The notes under the pieces: model-generated
What the model was told of the DNA's origin: nothing
What the model saw: the letters and a program-made list of their open reading frames with translations, nothing else
Database searches by the model: none
Translations under genes and position numbers: made by a program
Part shown: positions 54,494-64,000 of the stretch, in pieces
Numbering within the stretch: position 1 is the stretch's first letter
Layout of the letters: each line of letters starts with the position of its first letter
Assembly (NCBI GenBank): GCA_964187785.1
Contig: OZ076409.1
Location: 73,286,001-73,350,000, forward strand
Direction: 5' to 3'
DNA from: Amphiscolops sp. MND2022
Lineage: Eukaryota
Length of the DNA stretch: 64,000 nucleotides

Positions 54494-56485
54494 GTGGGCG
54501 GGGGTAATTCCCCAACTAAAAATTCGGCCGGCGGGTCGGGTCCTGCCGGCCGTCCAAAATCAAAATCCTACTAGTAGAAAACGGCATGTCAAACGAGCTA
54601 TTTTTTTATTTAACCATACGAATTTCACCATTTTTTGCATGCGGCCCTGAAATGGCCATACGAGACGAAGTTCCTGCTGACGTTTTGCGATGTAAATGTT
54701 TTATATAAAGTTGTGGCCGATTTGTCACTTACCTAGAAGGGCAAAATGAGGAAAATTTTTACAAAGTCGCTGATAACTCAAAATGTGGTAATTTTTGGAC
54801 TTTGACTGTGAAACAAGCTTGGAACCTTCATTTCGTGGCTGTGGCATTGCATTGAACACAAAAGATGTAAGGTTTTTACATTTTTTGAAAATTCGACATT
54901 TTTGAAAATTTTTTCACTACTATCAGTACCCCATATGTCAAAAACACCTCAGAAAAAAATTTTTATTTGCTTTAAATTGAAAACCTTGGTAGCCATGGTT
55001 TCTGTCGGAACATACTCGCTGCCAAACACCCAACAGTTTGCATCCAGTGTGAATTTAAAAATTTTTTCGAGGTCTTAGGTGTTTCACAAGGATTTCTCAA
55101 CTTAGTATCAAATTACAAATTGGTCATTTTAAACACATTATTTTCATCGAAGCGTGTCAGATACCGCCCTAATGCTCACGAACGGGCCTACTGGCAACGT
55201 TGAAACAATTTATCGTAATAGAAAGTTTTGAAAAAAATTTTTCACCCGGTCTTCAGTCATTTTTCACACATTCGGAACTTAACTTAGAAAAATTTCAACC
55301 GAAAAACCCATTTTTTGTCAGGTCGAAAATTCAAAGTCAGATTTTTAAGCAAAATTATCAACTCTGACGTAACCAGTGGGGCCCATGATACTCAAAACAA
55401 CGATTGGGGTTGGTACCAATGGCTCCAATAACATATGAGTCGCGATAAGACGTTATTTTGAGCAATATGTCTCAATTGAGTTAAAGATCTCGCCAACCAG
55501 TGATCACTGTGAAATGTAAATTCATTAAAAATTTACTCATTTTCGTCAATCACCATGTGCACAGAGTGCGTAGGGTGAGTTCCAGCACTATAATGAGGTT
55601 TTTGAAGGCATCGGGTTGCTCATGGGGTGGTATGAGACATTTTTTTCCTATATACTACTGTATTTTCCAAAAGTTTTAGCCCATTATCTGGAAAAACTAA
55701 CTTGACAAAATACTTTCAATAACTTTATTCAAAGGTTACAATGTAGATGAACCCAGTGGTTGATCAAAAATTTTCATCTCTTTCGGTTTCCGAAATAATT
55801 CCCTTCGAATGTGTTACATTTGTAGCAGGAAAAAAACCGAAACTAAAAAATACGCGATTTTGCTGAGATAGAATCGCAATGGTTGCCCCTAAAATCTCTT
55901 TAAATACTTCTAACGCGACCTTATGGACCCAAAATGATTGAAAATGCCATTCACAATGCTGACATGTGCTCTTTCGACGATCCTGGCTAGACAAGTTTTG
56001 CATATTTTTCAAGTACCTGTTAACTGAATTTTGTGATAGCCTTTTAAGTTGGCCTTGTGTCAACTTGGGAAGGCTATCACATCAAAAAACTTTCATCAAA
56101 AAGACTTTTTGTTTTTACAATAATGTAGTCGATAGTTATTTTCGTGATTTTACAATACCGTTAGTACCTTCCGCCAGGTCAGCTGACGATTGCATGCTGT
56201 CTTTGATAAAAACGTATGAACACCAAGAAAATTTTGTTGTATTTTTGTTGAAGAAAAGTATTAATAAATAATAAAAATATAATTCTAACCTTAAACAACT
56301 ATAAATTTGCTTAACCGTTATTAGTCCTACCATCTATCATCAGCCTATGCCATGGCCCGGTGATTAGTAGTACAACGCCACATAAAGTAGCGACGCCCAC
56401 AGTCTGTGGGCATGCCGAGGCATGCCCTTCGACGACGTATGGCAATTTTAGCGTAGCCCGCGGTCACTACCGCGGTAGCAGCTAG
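54494..56485 (+). mobile_element. Family A unit, divergent subtype (1992 bp)
   Basis: Near-identical to 61248-63239; carries the B2-type terminal hairpin CCGCGGT-CACT-ACCGCGG. Confidence 0.8.
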
Positions 56486-59400
56486 GTGGGCGGGGGTAAT
56501 TCCCCAACAAAAAAATCGGCCGGCGGGTCGGGTCCTGCCGGCCGTCCAAAATCAAAATCCTCCTAGTAGAAAACGGCATGTCAAACGAGCTATTTTTTTA
56601 TTTAACCATTAGAATTTCACCATTTTTTGCATGCGGCCCTGAAATGGCCATACGAGACGAAGTTCCTGCTGACGTTTTGCGATGTAAATGTTTTATAAAA
56701 AGTTATGGCCGATTTGTCATTCACCTAGAAGGGTAAAATGAGGAAAATTTTAACAAAGTCGCTGATAACTCAAAATGTGTTAATTTTTGGACTTTGACTG
56801 TGAAACAAGCTTGGAACCTTCATTTCGTGGCTGTGGCATTGCACTGAACGCAAAAGATGTAAAGTTTTTACATTTTTTGAAAATTTGACATGTTTGAAAT
56901 TTCTTTCACTACTATCAGTATCATATATGTCAAAAACACCTCAGAAAAAAAATTTTATTTGCTTTAACTTGGAAACCTTGGTATCCATGGTTTCTGTCGG
57001 AACCTACTCGCAACCAAACAACCAACAGTTTGCATCCAATGTGAAAATAAAAACTTTTTCTGGGTCATAAGCGTTTCACAAGGATTTCTCAACTTAGTAT
57101 TAATTTACAAAATGGTCATTTTGAACACAATATTTTCATCGAGGCTTGTCGGCTATAGCCTTAATGTTCTAGAACGGTCCCACTGGCAACGTAGGAACCA
57201 TTTATAGTAATAGAAAGTTTAAAAAAATATATTTTCACCCTGTCTTCAGTCATTTTTCAGTCATTCGGAACTTAACTTAGAAAAATTTCGACCAAAATAC
57301 CCATTTTTTGACAGATCGAAAATTCAAATTCAACTTTTTAAGCAAAATTATTAACTCTGACGTAACCAGTGGGGCTCATGATACTCAAAAACACGATTGG
57401 GACTGGTACCAATGGCTCCAATATCATATGAGCCGCGATAAGACGTTATTTTGAGCAATACGTCTCAATTGAGGGAAACATCTCGCAAGCCTGGGATCAC
57501 AGTTAAAAGTGATTTCGTCAAAAATTTACTCTTTTTCGTCTATCACTATGTACACAGAGTGCGTAGGGTGAGTTTCAGCACTATAATGCGGTTTTTGAAG
57601 GAATCGGTCTGCTCAAGGGGTGGTATGAGACATTTTTTTTGCATGTAGTACTATATTTCCTAAAACTTTTAGCCCATTATCTCGAAAAGCTCACTTCGCA
57701 AATTACTTTCAGTTACTCTATTCGAAGCTTAGAATATATATGAACACTGTGGTTGATCAGAAACTCTTGACTATTTTGTTTTTGGAAAAAAACTGCCTTG
57801 CATGTGTTACATTAGTGGCAGGAAAAATACCAGTAGCTCCAAAAATCACAATTTTGGACGGACAGACCTGCAATGATGCAAAGCAAAAACGTTTCAACAA
57901 CTTCTGGCGCCACTTTTTTTACCCAAGAGGTTCGAAATTACTATTAACAATGCTGACATTCGCTATAAATAAGATCGAGGACAATTTACTAACACTTAGG
58001 TTATACATTTATATCTGAGAAACCATTCTTTGTCAGGTCGCAATTTTAAATTTAGTTTGGGAAGCAATACTTTTCACTCTGAAGCAAACCGTTGGGCCCA
58101 AATTACTCAAAAACTACAAAAAGACTGTCACCAAATGCCCTAATAGCATATGAGATTCGACCGTATGTTTTTAACACAAAAACTCTCATCCGAAGTAAAC
58201 ATGTTGAAAGCCTTGAATCACCGTGAGAAATGATTTCATCAAAAATATCCCTTTTTCGTCAATCTTTATCTACACAGAACACGTTGTGTCATTTTCAGCC
58301 GTGAAATGAGCTTCTACCGTAATATGGGTTGCTCAAGGTGTTGTATAAGACAAAAACTTCCTCTTTTCTACTATCTTCTTCAAATATTTCAACCCTTTGT
58401 CACAAGAAGTTAATATTCAAAATCTCTTTGAAATGTTTCTTTAGGTTGGTGTGAAGTGTTAGAACAATAATTAAGATCGAAGAATGATAGTATTGGTGTT
58501 TGGACCATATCCGGATGAACAAATTGCAAAATCATGAAAAATTTCTTACCATTTTTGGTCATTTTGTCAGTACTAAAAATGTTAGCTGAAAAAGAATTTT
58601 TTTGATGGCACCATTGGATTCCTCTCAAAAAGTTAGCTATATGAACTGTGTAATAACCCCGTATCTTTTCAATTTAAATAATTTTAAAAAGCAAACTTTT
58701 TTGACTAAAATCCTAAAAATCATACCATTTCCTAAAAAATTTCAAATGCCCCCCATTCGACGTATAAGAATAGCACAGAAAACTATCACATACCGATCGA
58801 CTCTACTTCCATTGTAGATTACCAGAATTTTGTTTAGAACAATTTTTGACGGATGCAAAAAAATTTAAACCCTCCAAAAAAGGGCCAAAATTACACGAAA
58901 AAATTGACCTTAAAATTTTAAAATGTCGAAAAATCATCAAAACCACAGCTTCTTGGGGTTCTATCAACTCCACGTGGTCCACAGAGTATGTTAAAACAAG
59001 TTTTACCCGTATTTGAGCAATATGTGAAAAAGCCGACTTTTTTGGGAATGAAAAACATACCATTTCCTAAAAAATTTCAAACGCACCCCATTTGACGTAT
59101 AAGAATAGCACAGAAAACTATCACATACCGATCGACTCTACTTCCATTGTAGGTTACCAGAATCTTGTTTAGAACATTTGTTGACGGATGCAAAAAAAAA
59201 TAAAACCCTCCAAAAATGGGCCAAAATTACACGAAAAAATTGACCTTAAATTTTTAAAATGTCAAAAAATCATCAAAACCACAGCTTCTTGGGGTTCTAT
59301 CAACTCCACGTGGTCCACAGAGTATGCTAAAACAGGTTTTACCTGTTTCTGAGCTATATGTGAAAAAACCGACATTTTGGGGAAGAAAAACATACCATTT

Positions 59401-61247
59401 CCTAAAAAATTTCAAATGCACGCCATTTGCCGTATGAGAATAGCACAGAAAACTATCACATACCGATCAACTCTACTTCTATTGTAGATTATCAGATTTT
59501 TGTTTAGAACAAATTTTTATGGATATAAAAAATTTTTAAACCCTCCAAAAATGAGCCAAAATAACACGAAAAAATGGACCCTAAATTTTTAAAATGTCAA
59601 AAAATTATCCAAACCACAGCTTCTTGGGGTTCTATCAGCTCCACGTGGTCCACAGAGTATGCTAAAACAGGTTTTGCCCGTTTTTGAGCAGTATATGAAA
59701 AAGCCGACATTTTTGGGGAAGAAAAACATACCATTTCCTAAATAATTTCAAATGCAGGCAATTTGCCGTATGAGAGTAGCACAGAAAACTATCACACACC
59801 GATCAACTCTACTTCTTTTGTAGATTATCAGAATTATGTTTAGAGTAAAGTTTTATGGATATGAAAAATTTTTAAACCCTCCAAAAATGGGCCAAAATGA
59901 CACGAAAAAATTGACCTCAAATTTTTAAAATGTCAAAAAATTATCCAAACCACAGCGTCTTGGCGTTCTATCAACTCCAAATGACCTTCAGAGTATACCA
60001 AACCAGGTATTGCCAATCTTTTGAGCAATATTTAAAAACACCGACTATTTGGCAAGAACACCATAATATGTTCCATATAAGAAGTGAATCATTCCACATA
60101 TATACCCGGTCTAATATTTTCAAATTAGCAATAACATTAATACATGATGTTTTTTGAAAGTGAGCTTCATAAGAGGTTGAGATGTAATAATACGTAAATG
60201 GACCCTAAGTTTCATTGAAATCTCAATGGAATACGTCCAATCAACTTCAATCCTAACTATTATATAACAAGAAACACTTGAGTACATTCCATCTCCCCAT
60301 CGGGGGAGATGAGAATGTACTTTTCAAAAGCCAAAATTTTCGAATTTTAAATCTTTTGTAACATTGTATGTAACTGTTGAAACGATGAACGAATAAAAAT
60401 GCTTCTAGTACCTTCATCAATTTTTGCTTCAGCTCCTATTTCTGCAGAACAAAACCAAAAGACACACTTACAGCAGTTAAGTTCGATTGTATAACTCAGT
60501 GAATAAAGGTATGACTGAGGAAGTTCACAAGTTGTTTCAAAAGTTTCCGGCCTTCCAAAATCATGAAACGTCCACACAACCAAGATAGCAAGTGAAAGAA
60601 TGCTGAATGCACCTTATTAGATGAGATAAATAACGTGTGGAACTTGCCATTATCTTAAGATGACGTTGATTTATGATCTTTTAAGGATAGTTCGATATGT
60701 GACCACAATAGTGGAAAACTTATTACTATTTGAAGAACACCGTGGAAAGCGTTCAGAAAGGACAGTATATTTGTTTCGAGCATGCATGCGTGTGTTCCTT
60801 TGGTGACGTTAGCTTAGTGTACATGACGGAGGTATTCGAGAGATTATGATAGAGTTTACTCACAAGTCTTTGTTTTTTAAAACTTTCTATGCCGTTGAGT
60901 ACATTCGTAAGGTACATCCATCCCCTTCTCTGGGAATGTACGTTTGCCAAATGACTGTCATCCAAAATTCGTAATCCGGACGAGTTTAACTACATAAACA
61001 TGTGATGAGCGTTTTCTATTCAAAACCGAATAACTTTTTTTTTCTCGAAAATGATGATGGTTTTGATTTTGATGTCTTCTACTTTTATCATCATGCAAAC
61101 GACCTTACCATGTCTCTCTTCTGTCGTCATTTGTACAACGCCACATAGCGTTCCGACGCCCACCGTCTGTGGGCATGCCGAGGCATGCCCTTCGACGACG
61201 TATGCCAAATGAGCCATACCCGCACTCTGGAGTGCGGTAGCGGCTAG
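56486..61247 (+). mobile_element. Family B unit, B1 body with 61248-type left arm (4762 bp)
   Basis: Left ~300 bp resembles the 54494/61248 units; the rest is B1. Confidence 0.8.
58721..60065 (+). repeat. Internal tandem repeat, 4 x ~336 bp
   Basis: Same array as 15985-17330. Confidence 0.9.
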
Positions 61248-63239
61248 GTGGGCGGGGGTAATTCCCCAACAAAAATTTCGGCCGGCGGGTCGGGTCCTGC
61301 CGGCCGTCCAAAATCAAAATCCTCCTAGTAGAAAACGGCATGTCAAACGAGCTATTTTTTTATTTAACCATACGAATTTCACCATTTTTTGCATGCGGCC
61401 CTGAAATGGCCATACGAGACGAAGTTCCTGCTGACGTTTTGCGATGTAAATGTTTTATAAAAAGTTATGGCCGATTTGTCATTCACCTAGAAGGGTAAAA
61501 TGAGGAAAATTTTAACAAAGTCGCTGATAACTCAAAATGTGTTAATTTTTGGACTTTGACTGTGAAACAAGCTTGGAACCTTCATTTCGTGGCTGTGGCA
61601 TTGCATTGAACACAAAAGATGTAAGCTTTTTACATTTTTTGAAAATTCGACATTTTTGAAAATTTTTTCACTACTATCAGTACCCCATATGTCAAAAACA
61701 CCTCAGAAAAAAATTTTTATTTGCTTTAAATTGAAAACCTTGGTAGCCATGGTTTCTGTCGGAACATACTCGCTGCCAAACACCCAACAGTTTGCATCCA
61801 GTGTGAATTTAAAAATTTTTTCGAGGTCTTAGGTGTTTCACAAGGATTTCTCAACTTAGTATCAAATTACAAATTGGTCATTTTAAACACATTATTTTCA
61901 TCGAAGCGTGTCAGATACCGCCCTAATGCTCACGAACGGGCCTACTGGCAACGTTGGAACAATTTATCGTAATAGAAAGTTATAAAAAAAATTTTTCGCC
62001 TGGTCTTCAGTCATTTTTCACACATTCGGAACTTAACTTAGAAAAATTTCAACCGAAAAACCCATTTTTTGTCAGGTCGAAAATTCAAAGTCAGCTTTTT
62101 AAGCAAAATTATCAACTCTGACGTAACCAGTGGGGCCCATGATACTCAAAACAACGATTGGGGTTGGTACCAATGGCTCCAATAACATATGAGTCGCGAT
62201 AAGACGTTATTTTGAGCACTATGTCTCAATTGAGTTAAAGATCTCGCCAACCAGTGATCACTGTGAAATGTAAATTCATTAAAAATTTACTCATTTTCGT
62301 CAATCACCATGTGCACAGAGTGCGTAGGGTGAGTTCCAGCACTATAATGAGGTTTTTGAAGGCATCGGGTTGCTCAAGGGGTGGTATGAGACATTTTTTT
62401 CCTATATACTACTGTATTTTCCAAAAGTTTTAGCCCATTATCTGGAAAAACTAACTTGACAAAATACTTTCAACAACTTTATTCAAAGGTTACAATGTAG
62501 ATGAACCCAGTGGTTGATCAAAAATTTTCATCTCTTTCGGTTTCCGAAATAATTCCCTTCGAATGTGTTACATTTGTAGCAGGAAAAAAACCGAAACTAA
62601 AAAATACGCGATTTTGCTGAGATAGAATCGCAATGGTTGCCCCTAAAATCTCTTTAAATACTTCTAACGCGACCTTATGGACCCAAAATGATTGAAAATG
62701 CCATTCACAATGCTGACATGTGCTCTTTCGACGATCCTGGCTAGACAAGTTTTGCATATTTTTCAAGTACCTGTTAACTGAATTTTGTGATAGCCTTTTA
62801 AGTTGGCCTTGTGTCAACTTGGGAAGGCTATCACATCAAAAAACTTTCATCAAAAATACTTTTTGTTTATACAATAATGTAGTCGATAGTTATTTTCGTG
62901 ATTTTACACTACCGTTAGTACCTTCCGCCAGGTCAGCTGACGATTGCATGCTGTCTTTGATAAAAACGTATGAACACCAAGAAAATTTTGTTGTATTTTT
63001 GTTGAAGAAAAGTATTAATAAATAATAAAAATATAATTCTAACCCTAAACAACTATAAATTTGCTTAACCGTTATTAGTCCTACCACCTATCATCAGCCT
63101 ATGCCATGGCCCGGTGATTAGTAGTACAACGCCCCATAAAGTAGCGACGCCCACAGTCTGTGGGCATGCCGAGGCATGCCCTTCGACGACGTATGGCAAT
63201 TTTAGCGTAGCCCGCGGTCACTACCGCGGTAGCAGCTAG
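61248..63239 (+). mobile_element. Family A unit, divergent subtype (1992 bp)
   Basis: Near-identical to 54494-56485. Confidence 0.8.
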
Positions 63240-64000
63240 GTGGCGGGGGGCTGTCCCCAATAGAATATAGTGAGGTAGGGTAGGGTTCCCTACCGAACAT
63301 TCAGTACTGAAAGACTCTTGTAGTATGAAAATTTTCCGATGTTTTGAGACCGATTTCGGATTCCACCCGTCAGAAGTTTATGATTTTTTGGCCCCCACCC
63401 AGATTTTGGGCACTGATCGCCCCCCACCAGGTTCCATACCCGTGGTTTCGTTGTGACGGGTACACGAGCGACCGTTAGGGGTCAATCAGGGGGTAAAATT
63501 TATAAAAGTGTGAATAACTTTTCCCCCCGTCGTTTTAGCAGGTCCGGTCACTAGTAAAGGTTTGTTGGGCATCATGCAGTGGGTACGGGGGGCCAAACAA
63601 AAATTTTCTATCATGCACCGTTACGGACTTGGCCCCCCGCCCAAACCGCTATTTTACCGGAAATTGCACTTTTTGAACGGGAAGGAGTCGTCTGAGCGCG
63701 GAGTCGTTTGGTAATGTTTTGTAGAGCATCTGAAGACGTGGTGGGGGACATGTAGTTTGCCGACCCCAGTTTACCCCTCGGACGGGAAATGACCGTTATG
63801 TTAGTTTTAAAATTGCCCCCCGTCAACTTTAACCGCTATTTCTGGTGTGAAGGAGTCGGAACAGCGTGTCGGGTGCTATATATCAAAAGTAGCTTTAAAC
63901 AAGGACCTATCAGAAACATGTGGTTTGGGACCCTTTGAACGGACCCGTTAGCCGGAAATAGGGTGACCGCCTCCTTTTTTTGGTGTTAAAACCGTAAAAC
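63240..64000 (+). mobile_element. Partial unit G (left part)
   Basis: Starts at the core. Hairpins GGGG-CTGT-CCCC and GGTAGGG-TAGGGTT-CCCTACC (63274-63294). Body motifs shared with unit X. Confidence 0.7.

Larger units (their letters stand above)
1..64000 (+). repeat. Head-to-tail heterogeneous cassette array (24 complete + 2 partial units, 25 junctions with core CTAGGTGG)
   Basis: CTAG of the junction core starts at 955, 2938, 4926, 6204, 8191, 10174, 12358, 13747, 18510, 20493, 25243, 27226, 31999, 33981, 35968, 37949, 42698, 44685, 46673, (CTGG 47738), 52506, 54490, 56482, 61244, 63236. All are in the same orientation, with no spacer DNA. Confidence 0.95.

Noticed and set aside
881..63200. 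CRISPR-like array of palindromic repeats
   Set aside because: The 'spacers' are 1-5 kb and themselves repeated; there are no cas genes.
40..63826. Short ORFs in the six-frame track (e.g. 53982-54650, 222 aa; 9666-10202, 178 aa; repeated MLKFRNLG...)
   Set aside because: They recur only because the DNA is repeated, are broken differently in sister copies, often cross unit junctions and show no recognisable domain. No transposase, Rep or recombinase motif was seen.
1..64000. Assembly concatenation of minicircles or polydnavirus proviral segments
   Set aside because: Unrelated units overlap by only 8 bp, too short for assembler joins. Copies carry private variants, and there are no genes or kinetoplast CSB motifs. 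Not formally excluded without reads.

Overview
This window is almost certainly non-coding, AT-rich DNA, probably eukaryotic; no ORF has a recognisable protein family. All 64 kb is a head-to-tail array of 24 complete and 2 partial non-autonomous elements ('cassettes') with no host spacer between them. Consecutive units share one 8-bp core: CTAGGTGG at 24 of 25 junctions and CTGGGTGG at one. Units are of unequal size and content: fourteen of ~1.98 kb (family A), six of ~4.76 kb (family B, each with four ~336-bp internal repeats), singletons of 1278, 2184, 1389 and 1065 bp, and two partial units at the window edges. Order: [X] A A C A A D E B A B A B A A A B A A F B A A B A [G]. All intact units share a structured right end (CRACG iterons, the palindrome GGGCATGCCGAGGCATGCCC, usually a GC hairpin, then CTAG). 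They also share a left end with two hairpins whose stems co-vary, and each carries one of two alternative ~45-bp subterminal palindromes. Near-identical units have different neighbours, with identity switching at the core. The best reading is a self-targeting, integron-like cassette array of rolling-circle (Helitron/Replitron-like) or tyrosine-recombinase (Crypton-like) non-autonomous elements with non-canonical termini. The mobilising enzyme is not in the window, so the mechanism is inference. Strand labels follow the convention that CTAG is the 3' end.
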